Shown: positions 27,187-36,445, numbered from the stretch's first letter. The stretch is DNA of 64,000 bases from Streptosporangiales bacterium (GCA_009379955.1 WHST01000006.1:3163-67162); one strand, 5' to 3'. Notes: a model not told the origin generated them from the sequence alone. Program-made: numbers and translations.

Positions 27187-27462
27187 ATGAACAACCCCCA
27201 GCCCCTCGCGGGCCGCGGCCATGGACCGGTGCGGCAGGAGAACAACACGCCGCTGATCCTCGGCATCCTCGGCATCGTCGGGTGGTTCGTCTGCGCCGGC
27301 ATCCCCGGGATCGTGCTGGGCCTCGTCGGCCAGTCGAAGGCCCGCGAGCTCGGTCAGTCGGAGACGCTGCCGAGGATCGCGTGGATCGGTGGGCTCGTCG
27401 CGCTGGCTCTCGTCGTCATCGGCACGATCCTGCTGCAGGGCACGCGCCCGGACGGCTCGTAG
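27187..27462 (+). CDS. DUF4190-like small membrane protein (paralogue)
   Basis: 91-aa ORF reading LILGILGIVGWFVCAGIPGIVLGLVG... Confidence 0.7.
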   Translation: MNNPQPLAGRGHGPVRQENNTPLILGILGIVGWFVCAGIPGIVLGLVGQSKARELGQSETLPRIAWIGGLVALALVVIGTILLQGTRPDGS

Positions 27463-27464
27463 GG

Positions 27465-28304
27465 CTACCCGGCCTGCGGTCCCGTGGCGACCGGCCTCGT
27501 CTCGTCGCTCACCCAGTCCGACCACGAGCCGACGTAGAGTGCCGCGTCGTATCCCGCGAGCCGCAGCGCCAGCACCGCGTGCGCGGCGCTCACACCCGAA
27601 CCGCAGTAGGCTCCGACCGGCTCCGTCGGGGTCGCGCCGAGGCCGGCGAACCGCTCGCGCAGCACCGAGGGCTCGAAGAATCCCCCGTCACCGTGACTGT
27701 TCGCGGCCGTCGGGGCGCTGACCGCCCCTGGGATGTGGCCGGCGACGGGGTCGATCGGCTCTGTCTCGCCGCGGTACCGCTCCGACGCCCGCACGTCGAA
27801 CAGCACGCCGGTGCGCGCGAGCACCGCGGCGCCGTCGGCGTCGAGGAGTGGGAGGTGCCCCGCCCCGGCCGTGAAGTCGCCGGCCTCGGGGGTCGGCGAC
27901 GCCGTCGTCACGGGCAGGCCGGCGGCAAGCCACGCCCCGTATCCGCCGTCGAGCACGCGTACGTCGTCGTGCCCGAAGTACGTGAGGCACCACCAGGCCC
28001 GGGCGGCGGGCTGCCCGTCGCCGGCGTCGTACACCACCACGGCGCGGCCGTGGGACACCCCGAGGCGGCGCATCGCCGTGGTGAACGCGTCGGCGGTCGG
28101 CAGCGGATGGCGACCACCGGCACCAGGGGGACCCGACAGGTCGGTGTCGAGGTCGGCGAAGACCGCGCCCGCGAGGTGCCCTCTGTCGTAGGCCTCGACA
28201 CCGGGCGGGCCGCCGAGCGACCAACGTACGTCGAGGAGAGCAGGCGGGTCATCGCCCGCGAGCCGCTCGGCCAGCTCGGCGACACCGATCAATGGGTCCC
28301 TCAT
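27465..28304 (-). CDS. sulfurtransferase (tandem rhodanese domains)
   Basis: Internal ATG (MRDPLIGVAELAERL...) of ORF 27465..28784, with an ATGA overlap to the upstream gene. The active-site loop reads AYCGSGVSAAH. Confidence 0.85.
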   Translation of the reverse strand: MRDPLIGVAELAERLAGDDPPALLDVRWSLGGPPGVEAYDRGHLAGAVFADLDTDLSGPPGAGGRHPLPTADAFTTAMRRLGVSHGRAVVVYDAGDGQPAARAWWCLTYFGHDDVRVLDGGYGAWLAAGLPVTTASPTPEAGDFTAGAGHLPLLDADGAAVLARTGVLFDVRASERYRGETEPIDPVAGHIPGAVSAPTAANSHGDGGFFEPSVLRERFAGLGATPTEPVGAYCGSGVSAAHAVLALRLAGYDAALYVGSWSDWVSDETRPVATGPQAG

Positions 28305-29428
28305 GCGCGTCCTTCCAGGAGTGGCACGTCGAGCTCGGCCCTGGTGAGCGAGCCGTGGTAGCCGATGAGCGCCGTCGCCTGCGGCTCCGCACGCGGGGCC
28401 ACGACCGCCCACCGGGCGTACGGCACCGCGAGCACGTCGCCGATGCGGGCCAGCATCGACCGCTCCACCCTGGGCCCGAACCAGCCGGACTCGACCGCCT
28501 CGTCGCGCGAGACCACCCAGGCGCGGCCGGCGAGGACCTCGTGCCAGGACCGCAGGACGTCGGCCGCGGCACCGCTGCGCGCGTACACGTGCCGGAACCT
28601 CGGCTCCCCGCCCAGCAGGAGCACGCCGTCCACGAGTCCCGGCGTGGCCTCCGCGTCGATCTTGCCCTCGGCACCGATGTCGACCATGCCGTGGTCGGAG
28701 GTCACCCAGAGCAGGGTGCCGGACGGCAGGCGTTCGCACAACCGCAGCACCATCGCGTCGACCGCGGCGACGGCGTCGCGCCACTCCTGCGACGCGGTGC
28801 CGTACACGTGGCCGGCAAGGTCGACCTCGCCCCAGTAGACGTACGCGAAGCCACGGTCGACCCGGGCGAGCGCGGCCGCCGCGGCGTCGACCCGCTCGTC
28901 CGCGGTCTCCGCGTTGAGGTACGACGCGCCACGCGTGGCGGCGACCGTGAGTCCGCTGTCGCGGAACGACTCCGGCCCCACGAAGAACGCCGGCATGCCC
29001 GCGGCCGTCGCGCGACCGAAGACGGTCGGCTCGGGCTGCCAGACGACCGGGTCGACCCGGTCGGACCAGTGCAGGTGGTTGAGCATGCGCGCCTCGCCGG
29101 GGACCCGCACCTTGAACCCCAGCACGCCGTGGGCTCCCGGCGGCCGGCCGGTGCCGAACGACACGATGCTCGTCGCCGTCGTCGACGGGGCGCAGGACGT
29201 GAGCTGCGCCGGCTCGCGGAGCGACGTCAGGTACGACGCGGTGTCGGTATGGGCGCGCAACTGCGCGCGCCCGAGACCGTCGACGAGGAGCAGGCAGCCG
29301 CGGTCGGCGCTGCCGAGCCGCAGGTTCGGGCCACCGACCGGGACGCCGAGAGCGCCCAGGATCGCGGGGAAGAGCTCCGCGAGGGTCGTCTCGCCGTAGC
29401 GAGGGAGCACCGGCGCGGGAACGGTCAC
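28301..29428 (-). CDS. alkaline phosphatase / nucleotide pyrophosphatase family protein
   Basis: 375 aa with metal-ligand contexts LLLVDGLG, STTATS and WVTSDHGMV. Confidence 0.72.
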   Translation of the reverse strand: MTVPAPVLPRYGETTLAELFPAILGALGVPVGGPNLRLGSADRGCLLLVDGLGRAQLRAHTDTASYLTSLREPAQLTSCAPSTTATSIVSFGTGRPPGAHGVLGFKVRVPGEARMLNHLHWSDRVDPVVWQPEPTVFGRATAAGMPAFFVGPESFRDSGLTVAATRGASYLNAETADERVDAAAAALARVDRGFAYVYWGEVDLAGHVYGTASQEWRDAVAAVDAMVLRLCERLPSGTLLWVTSDHGMVDIGAEGKIDAEATPGLVDGVLLLGGEPRFRHVYARSGAAADVLRSWHEVLAGRAWVVSRDEAVESGWFGPRVERSMLARIGDVLAVPYARWAVVAPRAEPQATALIGYHGSLTRAELDVPLLEGRA

Positions 29429-29438
29429 GTGCCAGCTA

Positions 29439-30020
29439 TCACGCGGGACGGCTCGTCGCCACCGACAGGGCGGCGGCGAAGTCGATCAGCCGCTGCACGG
29501 CGCTGTCGCCCTCGGCCGTGCCGCTCACCCTGAGGGTCAGGTCGTCGGAGGTGACCTGACCGGTGTACCCGTGGTCTGCGTCGCAGTTCTCGTCGGCGCA
29601 TCCGGCCGGCTCGAGGTCGACCCGGCCGACGATCCCCCAGCCGACCGTGAGCGTCGCCTCGGTGGGCACCTGCGCGGTGCGGTAGCGCGCGGGCTCGGGG
29701 ATGACCGAGCTCAGCAGCACGGACTGGATGCTGCGCAGCGGCACGGCCTCGACGCTGGTCGTGGCGTGCGGCTGCGCCTTGGGGTCGGCCGGCGGATGGT
29801 CGTCGGTGTGCAGGACGATCAGCCGGGTGTCGGTCAGCACCAGCACCGAGACGTGGCGGCGTACCTCCATCTCCGCGTCGAACGTCGCCTCGTGGTGGAC
29901 GATCCAGTCCCTCGCCGACTCCGTCGCCAGCGCGCCCTCGACGCCGTGCACCACCAGCTCGGGGAAGTAGCCGCAGCGTTCGATCTCCGACCGGAGGTCG
30001 TCCAACGTGCTTGTCGTCAT
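29439..30020 (-). CDS. DUF5998-like protein
   Basis: Part of ORF 29439..30062, with internal start MTTSTLDDLRSEIERCGYFPELV. It is conserved as the partner of the AP-family gene. Confidence 0.62.
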   Translation of the reverse strand: MTTSTLDDLRSEIERCGYFPELVVHGVEGALATESARDWIVHHEATFDAEMEVRRHVSVLVLTDTRLIVLHTDDHPPADPKAQPHATTSVEAVPLRSIQSVLLSSVIPEPARYRTAQVPTEATLTVGWGIVGRVDLEPAGCADENCDADHGYTGQVTSDDLTLRVSGTAEGDSAVQRLIDFAAALSVATSRPA

Positions 30021-30109
30021 GGGCCCATCCTGACACCTCCGACCTACCCGGTCGCGAGACACTCGTCAAGACGGTGGACGGGGACGGCTCGTGACCCGGG
30101 GAGGCACAG

Positions 30110-30751
30110 ATCGAGATCCCGCTGGCGCGGTTCTCCGCGCTCCTCGACCGGTCGTGGCGCCTCGCCTCCGCGAGACGCCGGATCCTCGGCATCACCGGCG
30201 CGCCCGCCGCGGGCAAGTCGACGCTCGCAGAGCGGCTCGTCGCGGAGCTCAACGACGCGCGGCCGGGCACCGCCGCGCTCGTCGGCATGGACGGCTTCCA
30301 CCTCGCCCAGGCCGAGCTCGAACGCCTCGGCATCGCCGAGCGCAAGGGCGCGCCGCACACGTTCGACGGCCACGGCTACGTCGCCCTGCTGCAGCGGCTC
30401 CGCGCGAACGACGACCCCGTGGTCTATGCGCCGCTGTTCCGGCGCGAGATCGAGGAGCCCGTCGCGTGCGCCGTCCCGGTCGGCCGCGACGTCCCGCTCG
30501 TCGTGACCGAGGGCAACTACCTGCTCGGCGCCGAGGGCGTCTGGGCGGGCATCCGTCCGCTGCTCGACGAGGTCTGGTACGTCGACCTCCCCGACACCGT
30601 TCGCAGGGAACGGCTCGCGAGACGCCACGAGGACTTCGGCCGGACCAGGGAGCAGGCCTGGGCACGGGCGCTCGGCAGCGACGAGCGCAACGCCGAGGTC
30701 GTCCGGTCGACCCGCGATCGCGCCGACGTCGTCGTCACGTCCCCGGCATGA
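30110..30751 (+). CDS. P-loop nucleoside/nucleotide kinase family protein; start codon unresolved (non-canonical?)
   Basis: The ORF track starts at ATG 30287. However, the same frame is open from the TGA at 30092 and encodes the Walker A motif ILGITGAPAAGKSTLAERL at 30182-30238, with no ATG/GTG/TTG before it. GGGAGG at 30098-30103 is followed 6 nt later by ATC 30110. CTG 30122 is an alternative start. Confidence 0.65.
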   Translation: MEIPLARFSALLDRSWRLASARRRILGITGAPAAGKSTLAERLVAELNDARPGTAALVGMDGFHLAQAELERLGIAERKGAPHTFDGHGYVALLQRLRANDDPVVYAPLFRREIEEPVACAVPVGRDVPLVVTEGNYLLGAEGVWAGIRPLLDEVWYVDLPDTVRRERLARRHEDFGRTREQAWARALGSDERNAEVVRSTRDRADVVVTSPA

Positions 30752-31310
30752 GCGCCGTGACGATCTCCTCGACCACGTCCTCCGGCGCGCGGGGGGCGAG
30801 CATGCCGGGCAGGGTGAGGTGTTCGACGACGAGTCCGCTGATCGCGAGGTACAGCAACAGCACGGTGGTGCGATCGCCCGGCATGCCGGACTCGGCATGG
30901 CCCCGGACGTCGCGCTCATGGTTGGCGCGGATCGTCGCGGTGAGCGTCTCGCGCAGCTCCGGGCGCCTGGTCGCCTCCAGCCGCAGCTCGAGCAGCGCGA
31001 GGTAGCCGTCGCGGTCGCCGACGACCCGGCCGAACAGCGCCTGCAGCTGCGCGACGGCCGCGGCTCTCGTCGGGCCCGCCCGCTCGGCGGCCTCGGCCTC
31101 GGCGGTGCTCGGCATCATCCGGACGTGGATCCTGCGACCGACGTGGTTGAACAGGTCGTCGCGCGTGGAGAAGTAGTTCGACGCCGTGCCCACCGGCACG
31201 CCCGCCCCGGTGTCGACCGCGCGGAAGGTGAGGCCGCGAGCCCCCTCCCGCGCGAGCACCTCGATCGCCGCGTCGACGAGCGCCGTCCGCCGCTCCGGGT
31301 TCCGTGCCAT
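30735..31310 (-). CDS. TetR/AcrR family transcriptional regulator
   Basis: 191 aa with N-terminal HTH region RTALVDAAIEVLAREGARGLTFRAVDTGAGVPVGTASNYF. Confidence 0.85.
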   Translation of the reverse strand: MARNPERRTALVDAAIEVLAREGARGLTFRAVDTGAGVPVGTASNYFSTRDDLFNHVGRRIHVRMMPSTAEAEAAERAGPTRAAAVAQLQALFGRVVGDRDGYLALLELRLEATRRPELRETLTATIRANHERDVRGHAESGMPGDRTTVLLLYLAISGLVVEHLTLPGMLAPRAPEDVVEEIVTALMPGT

Positions 31311-31343
31311 CGCCGTCCTCCGAGGATCTCGCCCTGGACATCG

Positions 31344-31383
31344 TTAACCACTACATCTAGAGTACAACACTCATAGTGGTTAA
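31344..31383. promoter_or_regulatory. candidate TetR operator in divergent promoter
   Basis: TTAACCACTA-N20-TAGTGGTTAA, perfect 10-bp inverted arms. It lies in an AT-richer patch between the TetR gene (start 31310) and the DHFR-like gene (start 31413). Confidence 0.5.
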
Positions 31384-31412
31384 GCCAGGCACGAATCTCG
31401 ACAGGAGCCCCC

Positions 31413-32000
31413 ATGCGAAAGCTCGTCTACCTCGTCGCGTCGACGCTCGACGGCTTCGTCGCCGACCCCACCAGGAAGGACCCGTCCGACACGGTCTTCC
31501 TGCTCGCCGGCGACCACGCGGAGCCGCTGATGCGGGAGTACCCCGAGATGGTCCCGCACCACATCCGGCCGATGGTGGGCCTCGAGGGCGCGGAGAACCG
31601 CCACTTCGACACCGTCCTCGAGGGCCGGGTGTCGTACGTCATGGGGCTGGGCATGGGGGTCGAGAACGCGTACCCGCACATGCGGCACCTCGTGTTCTCC
31701 TCGACCCTCACCGAGGTGCCCGACCCACGGATCGAGCTCGTCGCCGGCGATCCCGTCGAGAAGGTGCGCGACCTCAAGAAGGAGGACGGCAAGGACATCT
31801 GGCTCTGTGGTGGCGGTGCGCTCGCCGGCGCCGTGCGCGACGAGGTCGACGAGATCCACCTCAAGCTCAACCCCGTCGTCATCGGGTCGGGCACGCCGCT
31901 CTTCGACGCCGGCTTCGGGATCGACAGGTACGCGCTCGCGTCGAGCCGTGTCTTCGACGGCAGCGGCGTCGTCCTGCTGCGCTACGTCCGGGAGCGGTGA
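31413..32000 (+). CDS. dihydrofolate reductase-like (RibD C-terminal domain) family protein
   Basis: 195 aa reading MRKLVYLVASTLDGFVAD...DIWLCGGGALAGAV... Confidence 0.78.
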   Translation: MRKLVYLVASTLDGFVADPTRKDPSDTVFLLAGDHAEPLMREYPEMVPHHIRPMVGLEGAENRHFDTVLEGRVSYVMGLGMGVENAYPHMRHLVFSSTLTEVPDPRIELVAGDPVEKVRDLKKEDGKDIWLCGGGALAGAVRDEVDEIHLKLNPVVIGSGTPLFDAGFGIDRYALASSRVFDGSGVVLLRYVRER

Positions 32001-32017
32001 CCGGCCGGCACACCGCC

Positions 32018-32662
32018 TCAGGAGTCGAGGAAGCGCAGCACCGCCAGCACTCGCCGGTGGTCGTGCTCGCTGCCCGGTGGCAGGCCGAGCTTGGTGAAGA
32101 TGCTGCTGATGTGCTTCTCGATCGCCCCCTGGCTCAGCACGAGGTGGTCGGCGATGCCGGTGTTGGAGCGGCCCTCCGCCATCAGCCCGAGCACCTCGCG
32201 CTCGCGGGTCGACAGCTCCGACAGCGGGTCGCGCCGGCGGCTGCGGACGAGGAGCTGGGCGACCACCTCGGAGTCGAGTGCCGTGCCGCCGTCGATGACG
32301 CGACGCAGCGCGTCGAGGAACTCGGCGACGTCGGCGACCCGGTCCTTGAGCAGGTACCCGACACCGCGGGTGTCACCGGCGATGAGGTCGACGGCGTACC
32401 GCTCCTCGACGTACTGCGAGAGCACGAGCACCGCGACATCGGGGTGGTTGCGCCGGATCACGAGCGAGGCGCGCAACCCCTCGTCGGTGTGGGTCGGCGG
32501 CATGCGGACGTCGGCGACGACGGCGTCCGGCGGGTCCTTCTCGACGGCCCGGAGCAGCTGGTCGGCGTCCGGCACCGCCGTGACGTCGTAGCCCGCGCTC
32601 TCGATCAGGCGGACGAGGCCTTCTCGCAGCAGCACGGAGTCCTCGGCGATCACGACGCGCAC
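32018..32662 (-). CDS. NarL/LuxR-family response regulator
   Basis: Receiver domain (MRVVIAEDS...VVADVRMPP) plus a LuxR HTH (REREVLGLMAEGRSNTGIADHLVLSQGAIEKHISSIFTKLG). Confidence 0.9.
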   Translation of the reverse strand: MRVVIAEDSVLLREGLVRLIESAGYDVTAVPDADQLLRAVEKDPPDAVVADVRMPPTHTDEGLRASLVIRRNHPDVAVLVLSQYVEERYAVDLIAGDTRGVGYLLKDRVADVAEFLDALRRVIDGGTALDSEVVAQLLVRSRRRDPLSELSTREREVLGLMAEGRSNTGIADHLVLSQGAIEKHISSIFTKLGLPPGSEHDHRRVLAVLRFLDS

Positions 32663-33930
32663 GGCAGCTCCATGACGACTCGGGTGGGCCCGCCTCGCGG
32701 GCTCTCGACCTGGAACGTCCCGTCCAGTGCGGCCACCCTACGTTCCAGCCCGGCCAGCCCGGTGCCGGTGGTGGGGTCGGCACCGCCCACGCCGTCGTCC
32801 TCGACCTCGACCCGCAGGATGTCGGCGGCGCGCGTGACCGTGACCTGCGCGCGCTCCGCCTGGGCGTGCCGGGAGATGTTCGTGAGGGCCTCGGCGACGA
32901 CGAAGTAGGCGGCGGCCTCGATGGTGACGTCGGCGCGTTCGCCCGGCTCGACCTTCACGTCGACCGGTACGGCGCATCTGGCGGCCAGCGCCGAGAGCGC
33001 CGCGTCGAGACCGCGGTCGGTGAGCACGGCGGGATGGATGCCGCGGACCAGCTCGCGCAGGTCGGCGAGGGCGGCTTTGGCCTCCTCGTGCGCCTTGACG
33101 ATGAGCCCACGGACGGCGGCCGGATCCTCGTCGTACGTCGCCCGCGCCACCCCGAGATCCATCGCCAGTGCCACCAGCCGCTGCTGCGCGCCGTCATGCA
33201 GGTCGCGTTCGATGCGCCTGCGCTCCGCGTCGGCCGCGTCGACGACGCCCGCCCGGCTCGTGCGCAGCGTGCTCACCTCGGCGGTGAGCTGTTCCTTCTC
33301 GCTCGGCCCGAGCAACGCGCGGACGAGTGCCGTGTCCACGATGACCGTGCCGCGCGCCAACCAGGGCGCGGTGACGAGCAGCACCGCGCCACCCAGGGAC
33401 ATGACGCCGGTGAGGAGGAACTCCATCCGCTCGCCGAACATGTAGAAGGGCGCGCACAGCAGGACCAGGCCCACCACCCAGCTGCCTGCGACGAGGCCTG
33501 CGGTGACCGCACTCACCGGCAGCCGGAGGACGCAGTACGCGATCTCGCGCCAGCGGTCCCTCGAGCGCAGCAGGAAGAACGGCGAACGGATGACCCGGCG
33601 ACGACCCTCCAGCGGGCTCGCCGCCACGGAGACCCCGGTGAACCCGCGCAGCCGCAACCGTTCGAGGTTCGCGAACGTGCGGGCGAGGCCCATGGTCAAC
33701 CACAGCAGGGGCGTGCCGAGGAAGAGGAACGGGATCGTGATGAGCGCAGCCAGGATGAGCGGCAGGACGAGCGCGAAGTAGACCGCACCGAGGAGCAGGC
33801 CCAGGACGGCGTAGAGCGTGTAGAGCCACGGCTCGGCGGTGACCGGTGCCCGCAGCCAGGACGGGATGCGCTCCCATCTGGTGGCCTCGGCGGCGCCCGG
33901 CTCAGGTGCCGCCATCTCCCACCTCACCAT
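32650..33930 (-). CDS. sensor histidine kinase (HisKA_3 type, polytopic N-terminal sensor)
   Basis: Part of ORF 32650..34014; the start is guessed at MVRWEM. H-box: ERDLHDGAQQRLVAL. N-box: EALTNISRHA. G-boxes: DDGVGGA and GTGLAGLERRV. It overlaps the RR start by 13 nt. Confidence 0.85.
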   Translation of the reverse strand: MVRWEMAAPEPGAAEATRWERIPSWLRAPVTAEPWLYTLYAVLGLLLGAVYFALVLPLILAALITIPFLFLGTPLLWLTMGLARTFANLERLRLRGFTGVSVAASPLEGRRRVIRSPFFLLRSRDRWREIAYCVLRLPVSAVTAGLVAGSWVVGLVLLCAPFYMFGERMEFLLTGVMSLGGAVLLVTAPWLARGTVIVDTALVRALLGPSEKEQLTAEVSTLRTSRAGVVDAADAERRRIERDLHDGAQQRLVALAMDLGVARATYDEDPAAVRGLIVKAHEEAKAALADLRELVRGIHPAVLTDRGLDAALSALAARCAVPVDVKVEPGERADVTIEAAAYFVVAEALTNISRHAQAERAQVTVTRAADILRVEVEDDGVGGADPTTGTGLAGLERRVAALDGTFQVESPRGGPTRVVMELPCAS

Positions 33931-34192
33931 CGACTCGGTTGTCGCTCGGCTCCCGTGAGCCCGACCTGCACAGACAGCTACTTGCGGGTCGGGTTGGTGA
34001 CATCTGCACAGCATGTCGTCGACGCGTCGCCTTCACCTTAGGGCGACAGCCTGGGAGCAGACAGCAGGCAAGCCCCCAACCACGGGTGGGGAATTCCCCC
34101 GTACCGATTCGGGAGCCCGCGCCATAGTTGTCCGGGCTCGACGCGACAAGTCTGTAGGCGACAGGCATCCACGTTCGCGAAAGGGCCCATCC

Positions 34193-36268
34193 ATGACTGC
34201 GCTCGCGATGGTTCTGGCCTTGGCCGGGGCCGCATGCTATGCGGTCGGCGCGGCACTCCAACACCAGCAGGCCACGAAGACCAGTGCTCACGGTCTTCAC
34301 CCGCGACTGCTCGCGCGACTCGCTCGCCGACCCCGCTGGCTCGCCGGGATCGTCGCCAACCTGGCCGGAGCCGGGCTGCACGTTCTCGCTCTGTCCCTCG
34401 CGCCGCTCGCGTTGATCCAGCCGATCGGCGTGATGACCGTCGCCTTCGCGGTACCGGCGGGCGCGCTGCTCCGCCGCCGCAGGCCGCAGGCGGGCGAGCT
34501 CGTCGCCGCCGGGGCCGTCTCCGCCGGTCTCGCCCTGCTCATGACCACCCTGCGCGCACCCACCGAGGTGCCCGCCCTGCAGTTCCTCGACGTCGTCCCG
34601 CTCGCAGGTGCCGTCGTCGCCGTCCTCGGCATCACCTCGCTCGTCGTGCGTCGCATCGACGGACCCGTACGGACCATCGTGCTGGCCTCGGGAGCCGGCC
34701 TCGCGTTCGGCGTGACGTCCGCGATGCTGCGCCCGATCATGTTCACCTTCACGGCGTCGGGCCTCTCCTTCACCCTCGGCTGGTTCGTGCTCGCGGCGGT
34801 CTCGGTGGCGGGCATCGGCATGCTGCTCCAGCAGACGTCGTTCCAGACCGGACGGCTCGGCCTCGCCATCGCCGTCATCACGGTCGTGGACCCGCTCGCC
34901 GCGATCGGCGTCGGCGCGGGCCTGCTCCACCAGCCGGTGCACGTCGGCAGCGTCACCGCCACCGGCACGGCCGTCCTCCTCGTGCTGGGTGGAGTGGCGC
35001 TGCTGTGCCGCCGGTTTCGCCGGCCCTACCCCACCGGCACCGACGGAACGGCGTCCCTACGCTCGTCGTCGCGCGGACTCCGCGTCCTGATCGGCGCCGA
35101 CACCTACCCGCCGCACGTCAACGGGGCCGCGTACTTCTCGCACCGGCTGGCCCACGGACTGGCGGCGCGCGGACACGAGGTGCACGTGTGCTGCCCGTCG
35201 GCCGACGGCGACGCGACGGTCGAGCGGGACGGACCCGTGTACGTCCACCGGGTGCGGTCGATGCGCACGCCGTTCCACCACTCGTTCCAGGTGGGCTCGC
35301 CGCTGTACGTCCGTACCGATGTCGGACGGGTGCTCGCCGAGGTGCGGCCCGACGTCGTCCACGTGCAGAACCACTTCCTCGTGGGACGGGCGCTGTCGTC
35401 GCTCGCCGGGCGCCGGGACCTGCCGCTTGTGGCGACCAACCACTTCATGCCGGAGAACCTGCTGCCGTACCTCCCGCTGCCCGGTCCGCTCGCCCGCCTG
35501 GTGACCAGGGTCGCGTGGCTCGACCTCGCCCGGGTGTTCGGTCCCGCCCACGCGGTGACGACACCGACTCCCACGGCCGCGCGACTGGTGCGCGCGTCCG
35601 GCATCGGGATGGAGGTGGAGGCCGTCTCGTGCGGCATCGACCTCAGCAGGTTCCACGAGTCGGACACGAGCGGCACCGCGACGGACACGAAGAGGCTCCT
35701 GTTCGTGGGGCGGCTCGACGTCGAGAAGCACATCGACGACATCATCGACGCCCTCCCCACCGTGCGGCGCTCCGTCGACGCCGAGCTGCTGGTCGCCGGC
35801 ATCGGCAACCTCCAGGAGCCGCTCGAACGGCGGGCCCGCGAACGCGGCGTCGCCGAGCACGTGACGTTCCTCGGCTTCGTGCCCGACGAGGACCTGCCGG
35901 CGCTGTACTCGTCCGCCGACGTGTTCTGCATGCCGGGGACGGCGGAGCTGCAGAGCCTCGTGACGCTCGAGGCGATGGCGACGGGCCGCCCGGTGGTGGC
36001 CGCCGACGCGATGGCGCTCCCCCACCTGTGCCAGGACGGCAGGAACGGGTACCTGCACACGCCCAGAGACGTGGCGGAGCTGGCGGAGCACGTGACGACG
36101 ATCCTCACCGACGACGCCCTGCGCGCCCGGATGGGCAAGGAGAGCCTCGCCATCGCCGCGGAGCACGACGAGTCGGCGTCGCTGCGCCGTTTCGAGGAGA
36201 TCTACGCCCGGGTCACCGGGTTCGAGCTGCCTGCGCAGCGCAGCGTACGGGAGCCTGTCGCCGCGTAA
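34193..36268 (+). CDS. fusion protein: ~300-aa polytopic membrane domain (DMT/NIPA-like) + GT4 glycosyltransferase
   Basis: Internal ATG (MTALAMVLALAGAACYAVG...) of ORF 34013..36268. About 9-10 hydrophobic helices are followed by RVLIGADTYPPHVNGAAYF...FVGRLDVEKHIDD...CMPGTAELQSLVTLEAMATGRPVVA, a GT4 E-x7-E type signature. Confidence 0.75.
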   Translation: MTALAMVLALAGAACYAVGAALQHQQATKTSAHGLHPRLLARLARRPRWLAGIVANLAGAGLHVLALSLAPLALIQPIGVMTVAFAVPAGALLRRRRPQAGELVAAGAVSAGLALLMTTLRAPTEVPALQFLDVVPLAGAVVAVLGITSLVVRRIDGPVRTIVLASGAGLAFGVTSAMLRPIMFTFTASGLSFTLGWFVLAAVSVAGIGMLLQQTSFQTGRLGLAIAVITVVDPLAAIGVGAGLLHQPVHVGSVTATGTAVLLVLGGVALLCRRFRRPYPTGTDGTASLRSSSRGLRVLIGADTYPPHVNGAAYFSHRLAHGLAARGHEVHVCCPSADGDATVERDGPVYVHRVRSMRTPFHHSFQVGSPLYVRTDVGRVLAEVRPDVVHVQNHFLVGRALSSLAGRRDLPLVATNHFMPENLLPYLPLPGPLARLVTRVAWLDLARVFGPAHAVTTPTPTAARLVRASGIGMEVEAVSCGIDLSRFHESDTSGTATDTKRLLFVGRLDVEKHIDDIIDALPTVRRSVDAELLVAGIGNLQEPLERRARERGVAEHVTFLGFVPDEDLPALYSSADVFCMPGTAELQSLVTLEAMATGRPVVAADAMALPHLCQDGRNGYLHTPRDVAELAEHVTTILTDDALRARMGKESLAIAAEHDESASLRRFEEIYARVTGFELPAQRSVREPVAA

Positions 36269-36292
36269 CCGGCCCTGCCGCGCAGGTACACG

Positions 36293-36327
36293 GCGAACCC
36301 CACCGGTCGAGCAGCGGTGGGGTTCGC
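36293..36327 (+). terminator. hairpin after the GT4 fusion gene
   Basis: GCGAACCCCACCG-gtcgagcag-CGGTGGGGTTCGC, a perfect 13-bp stem. Confidence 0.55.
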
Positions 36328-36445
36328 TACGTTCGGGGGCGGTAACCGGTGGGCGCGCCGGTCACGCAGGGTCGGCGACGCGTCACCGGGCGCCTTGTAC
36401 GGTAGGCGGACACGAGACGACCACGCTGCCGAGACGGAGCTATGC

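Noticed and set aside
34234-36345. 703-aa plus-strand ORF in an alternative frame of the GT4 fusion gene
   Set aside because: It is about one-third Arg with Pro/Gly/Ala and no hydrophobic or catalytic motifs. This is an alternate-frame artefact of GC-rich coding DNA.
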